This document shows positions 40,800-49,933 of a DNA stretch of 64,000 bases, piece by piece; the first letter of the stretch is position 1, and each line of letters begins with the position of its first letter. The translations under genes were made by a program, and so were the position numbers. The stretch is from a bacterium (lineage in GTDB: Bacteria; Krumholzibacteriota; Krumholzibacteriia; G020349025), in contig JANLSU010000073.1 of NCBI GenBank assembly GCA_031362565.1, positions 64,001-128,000 on the forward strand, written 5' to 3'. Under the pieces are notes generated by a model that saw only the letters and a program-made list of their open reading frames with translations, ran no database searches and had not been told where the DNA came from.

Positions 40800-43223
40800 T
40801 TAGATCTTCAGCTTGCCGCGCAAGCGCGCCCAGAAACCGGAGCGCTCTTGCTGCTGTTGCTGCTGGATGCCGGGATCCGGTTTCGCCTCGTCGGGTCCGA
40901 AGATGCGGTCGAAACGGTCGCCGAAGGATGGCGAGTGCAGGCTGCAATAATCTTGCGGACCGGTGTCGGCGAGATACGCTGCCGGCTCGACGTCGGGGCA
41001 GGTGCTGTTGGCGATTTGCCCGGTGAGCGGATCGATGGACCGGAAGGTGATGCCCTCCGGCTCCTTGAACGTCGCATCCCAGCCCTGGCCGAGCCAGGCC
41101 GCCATTTCGCCGCACCAAACGGGCAGCGCCGCCGAGGCACCGGAGAGCTTGGTGGGCGCGTCGTCGTCGTGCCCCATCCACACCGCGCTCACGAGTTCAG
41201 GCGTATACCCCACGAACCACGTGTCGCGCGCTTTGTCCGAAGTGCCGGTCTTGCCCGCCGCCAAGTGATTGAAGCCCAAGCGCGACGCCGAGGCACCGGT
41301 GCCGAAACGCAAGACGCCTACCAACATGTCGGTGACGAGGTACGTGCCCTCGGCACTCGCGACGCGGGTTGCCGCGGGGCGTTCGGCGCGGACGCTGCGG
41401 TCGCCGATCCAGACTTCGGAGAGGGCGTGCGGGGTGACCGTGAAGCCACTGTTCGCAAAGCACGCGTAGGCGCCCGCGAGCCGTAACGGCGATGTCTCGA
41501 CGGCGCCCAAACAGATGGACGGGTTGCGCGGGACCTTGTCGGCGACGCCGAGGCGTTCCGCGAGCGCGGCCACGCGGCCAATGCCGACCTCCATACCGAG
41601 CGCCACGGTCGCGGTGTTGATCGAGTGCTCGAGCGCTTGGCGCACCGTGACCGTGCCGCGGAACTCGCCGTCGAAGTTGGCCGGTGCCCACGTCTGATCG
41701 CCGACCTGGTAGGTGCGCAAGGTGTCGGGCAAGAGCGTCGATTGAGTGACCAAGGGTCCATCGTCGAGGCCGCCCATGGCGGCCAAGTACACGAACGGCT
41801 TGAAGGTGCTGCCGACCTGGCGTGAAATGCTCGTCGCCCGGTTGAACGGCGCCAATGCGTAGTCGCTGCCGCCGACGACGGCCCGCAATGCGCCGTTACG
41901 CGGGTCGAGCGAGACGACCGCGCCCTGCAAGGCAGTCTTCGACTTGGAGCGCGAATCGCGCTTGGCCGCCGCCACGAGGCCGCGTTCGAGCGCCTGGGCG
42001 GCGCGCAATTGCAGAATGGGATCGACGCACGCCACGATCGTCGCCGGCGGCTCGATGCGATGCTGCTCCCGCAGATCCTTCCATTCCTTGTCCAAGACAT
42101 CGAAGAAGTACGCCATCTGTGCTTCGTCGAAGTCGATGCGATCGGCGGTCGAGGCTGCGGTCTCGAGCGCCACCGGCGCCGCTTCATCATCCGGACCGTC
42201 CCAGGCGGCGTCCGCCTTGCGGTGTTTCGCATCCTGTTGTTTGACGTCGGGCGCCGCCTTGGCGATGGCCTTCGTGTAGTCCGCCAGGCGCTCTCGATGC
42301 CGCTTCGGCGACGCCGCATTGGGAGCCCGAATCGCCGCCGCTAATTCGTAGCACTGTTTGTCGGTGAGTTCGACGAGCGACGTGCCGAAGAAGTAGCGGG
42401 CGCCTTCGGCGGCGCCGTGAATGTCGAAGGGTCCCTCGTGACCGAGGTAGACGTTGTTCAGGTACACCGTGAGGATGTCCTGTTTGGTGAACCGGCGTTC
42501 GACGAGCAACGCCAACAGCGCCTCGTCGATCTTGGCCGGTAGTTCGCGGCGGGTGCGATTCAAGATGATCTTGATGGTTTGCTGGGTGATCGTGCTGCCG
42601 CCCTCGACGACACGTCCGTGCGAGGCATTGCGGGCCAGGGCGCGGACGATACCTCGCCAGTCGACGCCCGGGTGTTCGAAGAAGCGGCGGTCTTCGGCGG
42701 CAAGCACCGCGGTGACGAGCTGCGGTGGAATGTCGGCGTACGTGACCGGTGCGCGCCGCTCGTGCAGCGACGTGAGAAAAGAGGTGAGGTGCTCGGGCGG
42801 CAATGCCACCTGGTCGGCGTATTCGCCGTGAATCGTCACCGACGAGACGACGCCGGCAGCCAAGTCGAGGCGGACGGGGTTGTCGGCATCGTCGGCACGC
42901 CGGTATTCGATGGCATCGGCGAGAGCCCGAAACTGTCCGGCAGCAGGTTCGTCGCGCACCCGGCGCAGGCCGGCGCGTGCGAGGCGGCCGGCGATACCAG
43001 TGGCGCGCGCATCGGTTCCGGCGCGCACGTGCAACGGTTCGGCGACGACGTGAAAGTAGGCGCCACGCGATAGCGATTCGAATTCGTTCAGCACACGGTG
43101 ACTGCTGGTGCCGAAATGCAGCCCATACAGACCTGTCAGGCCCAAGGCAAGAGTGCCGGCAGCTAGGCCCATGATGCGCACCATGCGACGCAGCCTCGAA
43201 GTTTGAGATCCTTGGACCGCCAC
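40800..43223 (-). CDS. Class A penicillin-binding protein (PBP1b-like)
   Basis: TG motifs EDRRFFEHPG and GGSTITQQ; TP motifs STFK, SIN, KTG; N-terminal TM anchor and UB2H-like region. Confidence 0.92.
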   Translation of the reverse strand: MAVQGSQTSRLRRMVRIMGLAAGTLALGLTGLYGLHFGTSSHRVLNEFESLSRGAYFHVVAEPLHVRAGTDARATGIAGRLARAGLRRVRDEPAAGQFRALADAIEYRRADDADNPVRLDLAAGVVSSVTIHGEYADQVALPPEHLTSFLTSLHERRAPVTYADIPPQLVTAVLAAEDRRFFEHPGVDWRGIVRALARNASHGRVVEGGSTITQQTIKIILNRTRRELPAKIDEALLALLVERRFTKQDILTVYLNNVYLGHEGPFDIHGAAEGARYFFGTSLVELTDKQCYELAAAIRAPNAASPKRHRERLADYTKAIAKAAPDVKQQDAKHRKADAAWDGPDDEAAPVALETAASTADRIDFDEAQMAYFFDVLDKEWKDLREQHRIEPPATIVACVDPILQLRAAQALERGLVAAAKRDSRSKSKTALQGAVVSLDPRNGALRAVVGGSDYALAPFNRATSISRQVGSTFKPFVYLAAMGGLDDGPLVTQSTLLPDTLRTYQVGDQTWAPANFDGEFRGTVTVRQALEHSINTATVALGMEVGIGRVAALAERLGVADKVPRNPSICLGAVETSPLRLAGAYACFANSGFTVTPHALSEVWIGDRSVRAERPAATRVASAEGTYLVTDMLVGVLRFGTGASASRLGFNHLAAGKTGTSDKARDTWFVGYTPELVSAVWMGHDDDAPTKLSGASAALPVWCGEMAAWLGQGWDATFKEPEGITFRSIDPLTGQIANSTCPDVEPAAYLADTGPQDYCSLHSPSFGDRFDRIFGPDEAKPDPGIQQQQQQERSGFWARLRGKLKI

Positions 43224-43582
43224 CGCCCGTCCTTCCTCGGACGTCGGCGGGTCGTCGTTCCCTCCCCGCGTCCGCGATTCGCTGCAGAGCTTAGCGGCCC
43301 GCCGGGAGGGCGCAAGCGCGGACTCGACTATTCGCTGTCGAGGCCCTCCCCGTGTCCGAGCGGACACGGTCGGACGGCGTACTGCATGGAGCGTTCCGGG
43401 CCCTGTCCTTACGGAGGCCCCACCCCCGGGCGCCGCTTTTCGGCGCAATCCATGCGTCCCGAGTCGGTTGGGGGTCCCTCCCGGCTACGGGTTGGGAAGG
43501 ATTCAGAGCCCAGCGCGGGCCCGGCCAAGCCCCGGCGGTCGATGTCGCACGTTCGTGGTCTGTCAACTCGAGGGAGAGCGCG

Positions 43583-43804
43583 ATGGATCCGGTTTCCGAA
43601 GTGGACGCACTGTTGCGCGGCCACACGCTCGATGCACGTGAACGTCTCGACGATGCGGTGCAAGGGACGCGCGAGAGGATCGAGGCCCACATCGAAGCCC
43701 ATCCGATGCGCACGATTTTGCTGGCGGTTGGCGCCGGCCTGTTGCTGGGATTGCTGTGGGGAGCGGCGCGTCATCGCCGTTCGGACGGTGATTCAAAGCC
43801 CTGA
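43583..43804 (+). CDS. Small ElaB/YqjD (DUF883)-like tail-anchored protein
   Basis: HIEAHPMRTILLAVGAGLLLGLL followed by a basic tail; GGGAG RBS. Confidence 0.65.
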   Translation: MDPVSEVDALLRGHTLDARERLDDAVQGTRERIEAHIEAHPMRTILLAVGAGLLLGLLWGAARHRRSDGDSKP

Positions 43805-43852
43805 CGCCTTTGGGGGTTCGCTGACACCGATGCAGCCACTTTGCGCGGATCC

Positions 43853-44284
43853 TCAGCGCGGCGGATGATGCGGCTCGGAAGGAGCCGGCTCAGGCGGCAT
43901 GGGGGGCAAAGGCGGCGCGGCGTCTTCCGGCGGCGTTGGCACGGCGAGGCGATAGAGCAGCACGCCTTGCCGGCCGAGATCGAACCCATACACGAACAGC
44001 CGTGTTGCGTCGGCGTCGGGCGTGAATCGGTACACCGCGGTCTCGCGCCACGCCGAATCGCTTCGCGCCGGGGGATCAAAACGCACCGCAAGCGTGTCGC
44101 CGTGAATTTCGTAGTCGGCGCCTCGTCCATCGATCCGCACTCGGCCGTCCTCACCCATCGACCAGGTCACCGCGAGGCCGTTGCGCGTTCCCACCCACTC
44201 GCCATCGAGCTTGGCCCGCGTGCCGGTGCCCCAAGCCGCCGTCGCGGTGAGCGCCGAGCACAAAAGCAGCATCCAGGAACGCAT
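43853..44284 (-). CDS. Small exported hypothetical protein with Pro-rich tail
   Basis: Signal peptide MRSWMLLLCSALTATAAWG; LDGEW beta-rich core; AAGGA RBS. Confidence 0.55.
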   Translation of the reverse strand: MRSWMLLLCSALTATAAWGTGTRAKLDGEWVGTRNGLAVTWSMGEDGRVRIDGRGADYEIHGDTLAVRFDPPARSDSAWRETAVYRFTPDADATRLFVYGFDLGRQGVLLYRLAVPTPPEDAAPPLPPMPPEPAPSEPHHPPR

Positions 44285-44395
44285 CGCGTCCTTCCTTCCA
44301 ACGGGCGTCTTGGTACGATCCTCGGCATTGGGGGATGGGCGAGGAATCTGGGAACCGAAGGGAATGATGCGAGACGGCCGGGGAGCCGTCAAGTG

Positions 44396-46543
44396 TCAGA
44401 CCTCGGACGCCCCACGGTCTGGGGTTGCATAAGCCGTGCTTTGCGCCACCAGTGGCGCGCTACGGGTGCGCCGCCACGCATAGAGCGCGACCGCGGTCGC
44501 GGTGGCGGCATTCAGCGACTCATTGCCGGGCAGCATCGGAATCCTCAGGGCCGTGGGGCGCCAAGTGTCCGGCAATCCCGGCCCCTCGAGTCCGACCAAG
44601 AGCCCGAATTGGTCCGGGAATGCGACGCTCCCTACATCCTGTCCGCCCGGCGAAAGCGCCAGGACCGGCGCATTTTGCGGCGCGAAATCCGCCAGCGCCG
44701 GACCGCGTTGCAATTCGACACGCAAGAGCGCGCTGCCCGCAGCACGGGCGCTGCGCGGGTGAAATGGATTGGCGGCTTCCTGCAACAACACGACGCGCGT
44801 GACGCCAAAGGCGGCGGCCGAGCGGATCACGGCGCCGACGTTTTCGGGATCCTGAAAGGGCACGAAGAGCGTGCAGCCGTCCACCCAGTCGGTGTCCTGC
44901 CACGGCGCGAGGGCCGGCGCGTCGATGAGCAAGAGCGGTGCACCGGTGCCGATCGTATCGAGCTCTTGAAAGAGCGGCGGCGCCAGGCGATACCACGCGA
45001 GCCCGAGCGGCGCACCGGCGGGCGGCGGCGGATTCGACCCCGGTGTGATCCAGGCCTGAGCCCGCTCCGGGTACGCAGCGACGATTTCGAGAATGGCGCG
45101 GGCTCCCGAGACGAGCGCGCAGCCATGCTTGCGAATGCCGCGGCCTTCGAGAGCCGCACGTAGCGTTTTGTAGGTCGGATTCGTGGCGCTCAGAATGTCG
45201 CGTGTCTCGCGCCCATCCGTTGACGGAACGAGTTCCGCGCCTTCGTCGACGGGTACGGCGCCGGTGCCGGTATCGACGTGCACCGGGGCTGCAGTCCGCT
45301 CGAAGACAACGAGGCGGCGGGCATGCGGTGTCTCGGCAATGGTGTACGGTACGTCGCGCACGACGCGAAAGGCGTGGGCCCATTCCTTGCGGGCGGTGTC
45401 GAGTTCCGGTTCGACGCCGGGCCCTTTCATGAACAGAATCCGGCTCCCGGGTTCGAGCCACCCTTCGACGCGCGCCAATGTCGCCGCAATCGTTTCGACG
45501 GCGCGCGTGATGACCCCACGCACCGGATATTCGAAACGTGCCCCGACGCTTTGCGCCACGACTTCGATGTCCTGAAGTCCCAGTTCGCGGATGGCCTCGC
45601 GCAGGAACTCGACGCGCTTCGCACGCGGCTCGCCCAACACGATCTGCACATCCGGCCGCACGATCTTGAGCGGAATCCCCGGGAATCCGGCGCCGCTTCC
45701 CAAGTCCAAAAGCGGCGACGGCAAATCGACGAGGGTCGCGACCAGCGCGCAGTCGACGTAGTGCTTGAGGACGATGGTGTCGAACGAATGCAGCCGCGTC
45801 AGATCGAGTTCATCATTGCGCAGCCGCAAGAGCTGGTGGAACGCCCAGAATTGCTGGACTTGGAGCGGTGACAATCGGAGCCCGCTGCGCGCGAACAGGA
45901 CGCGCAAACGTTCCGGTCCGGGCGGGCCCTCACTGGGGGCCGCCGCTGGCGCTGGGCGCGCCGGCCGCGCGGGTCGCACTGGCCGCGCCGGCCGCACCGG
46001 CCGCTGTACTGCAACATTCGATTCGCTTGGGAACGCGGCGCGCGCCGGCCGAAAGGCCGGCCGCTCCGATGATGGGAGATGCGCGTCCCTGCCACGCAGC
46101 GGCCGCGAATCGCCGCGTTGTGATCGCGGTGCCGCCGGGTCGTTGCCGCGCCTCGGCCGCGCCCCGGGAGGCTGTGATCGCGGTGCCGGCCCGTTTCTAT
46201 CGCGCCCAGGCCGCGAATCAGGCCGCTGGGAACGGGATGACGGCGCGCCCTTGCCGCGCGTGGGCCGCGAATCGGGCCGCCGGGAACGGGATGGCGGCGC
46301 GTCTTTGTCGCGCATGGGTCGCGAATCGGGCCGCTGGGAACGGGATGGCGGTGCATCTTTGTCGCGCGTCGGCCGCGAATCAGGCCGCCGCGATCGCGGT
46401 GCGGGCCCGCGCTTCCCATCCGTGGGGCGGCTGTCGGGATGACGGGAGCGCGCTGGTGCACCGGTCGGAGCGCCTCGCCGGTCACGCGGCGCGGAATGTC
46501 GCGCTGGTGTGGACGGACGATTCGCTGGTGGACGGCGTGCCAT
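44396..46543 (-). CDS. rsmG: RsmG (16S m7G527) methyltransferase fused to a TrmH/SpoU-family methyltransferase, with N-terminal Arg/Pro/Ser repeat region
   Basis: RsmG: DLTRL, KHYVD, DLGSGAGFPGIPLKI, KRVEFL, VITRAV. SpoU: QDPENVGAVIRSAAAFG, VGLEGPGL, IPMLPGNESLNAATA. Confidence 0.9.
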   Translation of the reverse strand: MARRPPANRPSTPARHSAPRDRRGAPTGAPARSRHPDSRPTDGKRGPAPRSRRPDSRPTRDKDAPPSRSQRPDSRPMRDKDAPPSRSRRPDSRPTRGKGAPSSRSQRPDSRPGRDRNGPAPRSQPPGARPRRGNDPAAPRSQRGDSRPLRGRDAHLPSSERPAFRPARAAFPSESNVAVQRPVRPARPVRPARPARPAPAAAPSEGPPGPERLRVLFARSGLRLSPLQVQQFWAFHQLLRLRNDELDLTRLHSFDTIVLKHYVDCALVATLVDLPSPLLDLGSGAGFPGIPLKIVRPDVQIVLGEPRAKRVEFLREAIRELGLQDIEVVAQSVGARFEYPVRGVITRAVETIAATLARVEGWLEPGSRILFMKGPGVEPELDTARKEWAHAFRVVRDVPYTIAETPHARRLVVFERTAAPVHVDTGTGAVPVDEGAELVPSTDGRETRDILSATNPTYKTLRAALEGRGIRKHGCALVSGARAILEIVAAYPERAQAWITPGSNPPPPAGAPLGLAWYRLAPPLFQELDTIGTGAPLLLIDAPALAPWQDTDWVDGCTLFVPFQDPENVGAVIRSAAAFGVTRVVLLQEAANPFHPRSARAAGSALLRVELQRGPALADFAPQNAPVLALSPGGQDVGSVAFPDQFGLLVGLEGPGLPDTWRPTALRIPMLPGNESLNAATATAVALYAWRRTRSAPLVAQSTAYATPDRGASEV
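46085..46445 (-). repeat. 54-bp (18-aa) degenerate tandem repeat, about 6 copies, in the rsmG N-terminus
   Basis: CGCGAATC at 46104, 46212, 46266, 46320, 46374; peptide unit ~PSRSxRPDSRPxRDKDAP. Confidence 0.85.
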
Positions 46544-46654
46544 GGGACTCCCTTCCCAGGCACTGTACCAGGCATCGTACCGGCGCGTCCGGTGGTCGTC
46601 CGGGCCAAAGATTCACGCGGCCCTGTGCGGAGATGGGAGCTGCTTCGGCCAAGG

Positions 46655-49597
46655 TCACTTGAGCAATTGCATCTTGCGCACGATCGATCCGGCGCCTTCG
46701 ACCGCGAAGCGGTAGAAATAGGTGCCGCTGGGCTGCAGATGGCCGGCGTCGTCGCGGCCGTCCCAGGTCGTACGATGCGCACCCACGGCGCGTGTTTCGT
46801 GCAACAGGGTGCGCACGAGATGGCCGTCGACGGCGTAGATCTTCAAGTCGATCGCTGCCGATCGCGGCAAGTCGAAGGCGATCGCGGTCGTAGGATTGAA
46901 TGGATTGGGCGCATTTTGGGCCAGCCGCACGAGTTTCGGTGCTGCCGCCACGGGGTCGTCTCCCGGGCCGGTATCGGTTGGCATGCCGTTGTACATCACT
47001 TGGGCGGCGCCGGCGTGGGTTTGCAGATCCGCCAAACTGGTGCCGCCCAGGAAAGCAAAAGCCACGATCGCCGACGCCCCGGGTGCAAGATTGAGCGGCC
47101 CGGTCCCGAGGCCGACCGAGATATCCCCGGGGCCAATGACGACATGCGATTGGCCCGCGGTCGCGATCGTCTGAAACTTCTCGGCGTCGGTGTAGCCGTC
47201 GTACACACCCCAGTCCGACGCCTGGATGGGGTCGTTCCAAATGCCGCGCGCCGCCGTCGTGCCGAGCGCCGATAGGGTCATGATTCCGACGTAGTCCTTC
47301 GGCCCGTTGGCGCTCGTGTCGAACGCGTACATCATCCCGTGGGCGGCGTCATATCCGGTCTTGTTCGACCCGGAGCTGCCGCTGTCGATGTCCCAGTCAC
47401 AGTACCAGCCCGCGTACAAGCCGTTGAGCGGCGTGCCGCTGTCGTTGCGGATCTTGTACCGCAGCACCAAGAAGTCCTGGTTGGCCGGGGCGGTCGACTC
47501 GATGCTCATCTGCTGAATGGTGAGTCCGAGCGGCACGTCGGAAATGGCGTCGTTGAAGGACGCGAACCCGACCTCCGCGTACGGTGGCGCCGGCTCGGTG
47601 ACCATGGGAACGCCGTTCGGCAACGTCAAGAAATCGTCGTCTTGCGCCGTGCCGCCCACCCGGCAGGCATTCGAAATCGCCGCCGGGCTGTTGCCGATCA
47701 TCAGGCCGCCCTCGAACAAGTAGCTGGCGGAACCCTTGTAACTGAATCCGATGCCGTCCTTGCCGGTGCCGCCTGCTGCCAGCGCATAGCCTAGTTTGCC
47801 GACGCTCGTCACACTGCAGTCGACGTGGTTGGCGTCGTGGGTCGCGAACACCGGCAACACGGTGAGTTCGAAGCGGCTCACGTCGGAGTAGGCCGGCGCG
47901 CCGGCGCTGATGGCCACCGTGAACAGCACGGTGTGTTGAATCGGGCTCGACGGCGACACCGTGAAGGTGAGTGGTGCCAGCGTCGCGGTCTGCATCGAAT
48001 CGATGCCTGCAACCGCCACCGAGCTGTCCACCTCGGTGATGTTGACGGAATTGTCGCGCAGCTTGAAATTAACGTTGGAGCACGCGGCCAGCCAGTTGGT
48101 GACCTGCAGGTTGAGCGTCACCGTCTCGCCCGGCTCGATGATGGCGTCACCGTCGCTGGTCGTGAAGGACTTGCCGACGACCGAGATCGCTGGGGTCGCC
48201 TTGGTGAGGGCACGCGCCGCATTGATGCGCCCGTAGCCGAGCTTGCCGCGCACCGCGACCGCGTTGAGCGCGTCGATGTTGTCGGCCGTGACCCGCACGC
48301 GCTGCATGACTTGCTCGGGCGAATAGCCCGGGAACCGCGTCTTGACCAGGGCGCAAAGGCCGGCGGCCTGCGGACTCGCCATCGAAGTGCCGGTCAGCAC
48401 GCCGTAGCCGTTGGCCGGCGAATTGAAGGTGCTCAGGATGTTGGTGCCGAGTGCAGCGACGTCCACCCAGATGCCATACGTCGAGCTCGAGTTGCGAACA
48501 TCGTTGTTTTGGACGTTACAAACCGCCAGCACGTGATCGTAGCCCGAAGGCAAATGCAGGACTTCGGTGCTGGTATTGCCGGCGGCGCAGACGACGGCCG
48601 TCCCATGCTGGTATGCATAGGTGATGACATCTTGTTCGAAAGCCGAAGGGCTGCCGGCGCCGCCCCAACTGCAGTTGACCACGTCCGCATGATTGTCGGC
48701 GGCGTAGATGATGCCGTCGTAGCCGAACGCGATCGCCAGGTCGGTGGTGGGCGACGAGGTACAGATCGGCATGAACTTGGCGTTGTATGAGGCGCCGGCC
48801 ACGCCAACGACATTGTTGGTGGCGGCACAAGCGATGCCGGCGACGTGCGTCCCGTGATTGGCGCTCGACGGTGTCGCCGGCAGCCCGGTTGGATCGTTGG
48901 TGCCGTTGGCGAAGTTCCAGCCGTGCACGTCGTCGACGAACCCGTTGTGATCGTCGTCGATGCCGTTGGCGGCGATTTCGCCGGGATTCGTCCATACGTT
49001 GGCGTGCAAATCAGCGTGGTCCCAGTCGGTGCCGCCGTCGCAGATCGCCACCACGACGTTGCCGGTACCGCCGGTTGTCACGCCCCAGCCGTTCGGGAAG
49101 TTCATCTTGGCCATGTACTGCGCTTGGCTCACCGCATAGTTCGGATCGTTGGGTACGAGATCGAGCCCGTAGACGAAGAGCGGCTCGGCATACTCGACCT
49201 CGGGGTGGGCGGCGAATTCGCGCGCCACATCGAGCGCATCGGCACCATCGGCGTAGCGCACTTCGTACACCCGGCCGAGGTCGACGAGCCCCGGCTTCGA
49301 TGGCCGTGGTGTTTGCTTCGAGACCGGATCGATTGCAACCACGGCATGCTGGTGCAAAATGGCGTCGATCGCCGGGGTGCCGCTCGATTTGGCGGCGCCT
49401 TGCGCCGGTAGGGCAGCGCGAAACTTCACGACAACACGGCCGGCGGAATAGGCCGCATGGTCGCCGGCCTGCAACACGGGATTGTCGAGCCCAGGAGCGC
49501 GTCCGTACTTGGATGCGGCGCCCAGGGCCGATCCGGCGGTGAGTGCCAGCGTAGTGCCTGCCAGCATGGTGACGGCATAGCTTCGAGCGGACAACAT
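46655..49597 (-). CDS. Secreted S8 subtilisin-like protease with C-terminal FlgD-Ig/T9SS-like tail
   Basis: Triad motifs ICDGGTD, HGTHVAG, GTSMASP; NGIDDDHNGFVDDVHGWNF; tail LAQNAPNPFNPTT...WDGRDD...SGTYFYR...RKMQLLK. Confidence 0.93.
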   Translation of the reverse strand: MLSARSYAVTMLAGTTLALTAGSALGAASKYGRAPGLDNPVLQAGDHAAYSAGRVVVKFRAALPAQGAAKSSGTPAIDAILHQHAVVAIDPVSKQTPRPSKPGLVDLGRVYEVRYADGADALDVAREFAAHPEVEYAEPLFVYGLDLVPNDPNYAVSQAQYMAKMNFPNGWGVTTGGTGNVVVAICDGGTDWDHADLHANVWTNPGEIAANGIDDDHNGFVDDVHGWNFANGTNDPTGLPATPSSANHGTHVAGIACAATNNVVGVAGASYNAKFMPICTSSPTTDLAIAFGYDGIIYAADNHADVVNCSWGGAGSPSAFEQDVITYAYQHGTAVVCAAGNTSTEVLHLPSGYDHVLAVCNVQNNDVRNSSSTYGIWVDVAALGTNILSTFNSPANGYGVLTGTSMASPQAAGLCALVKTRFPGYSPEQVMQRVRVTADNIDALNAVAVRGKLGYGRINAARALTKATPAISVVGKSFTTSDGDAIIEPGETVTLNLQVTNWLAACSNVNFKLRDNSVNITEVDSSVAVAGIDSMQTATLAPLTFTVSPSSPIQHTVLFTVAISAGAPAYSDVSRFELTVLPVFATHDANHVDCSVTSVGKLGYALAAGGTGKDGIGFSYKGSASYLFEGGLMIGNSPAAISNACRVGGTAQDDDFLTLPNGVPMVTEPAPPYAEVGFASFNDAISDVPLGLTIQQMSIESTAPANQDFLVLRYKIRNDSGTPLNGLYAGWYCDWDIDSGSSGSNKTGYDAAHGMMYAFDTSANGPKDYVGIMTLSALGTTAARGIWNDPIQASDWGVYDGYTDAEKFQTIATAGQSHVVIGPGDISVGLGTGPLNLAPGASAIVAFAFLGGTSLADLQTHAGAAQVMYNGMPTDTGPGDDPVAAAPKLVRLAQNAPNPFNPTTAIAFDLPRSAAIDLKIYAVDGHLVRTLLHETRAVGAHRTTWDGRDDAGHLQPSGTYFYRFAVEGAGSIVRKMQLLK

Positions 49598-49933
49598 CGG
49601 CGTCTCCCTGAGCAGATCGAGTCGCGGCGAGGTGCGAAAATGCGGCTGAACGGGGTGGGCGCGAACCCGGGCGGCCTCCGGAAGGAGAGATGTGGGCCGC
49701 GGGTGTCGCTCTACGAACGACGCTCCATGATTGTACCGTTGTTTGGAGGCATGCAGCAAGTCGAGATGCACGTTCGCGGGCATCGCTGGTTTTGAAATCG
49801 ATCGCGTCGGTTGCGAGTGTGGGCGCAGACGATCTGCATGTCGCGGGTGTTGGCATCGGCGGGCGCGAAATGGGACGCGCGGCCGCGGGGTGGCTGCCGG
49901 TGCCCCGCGGTCGCGCGCCGTTCCCTGCGCCGG

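Noticed and set aside
46085..46445. 54-bp periodic repeats as a CRISPR array
   Set aside because: In-frame degenerate coding repeats without unique spacers; no cas genes.
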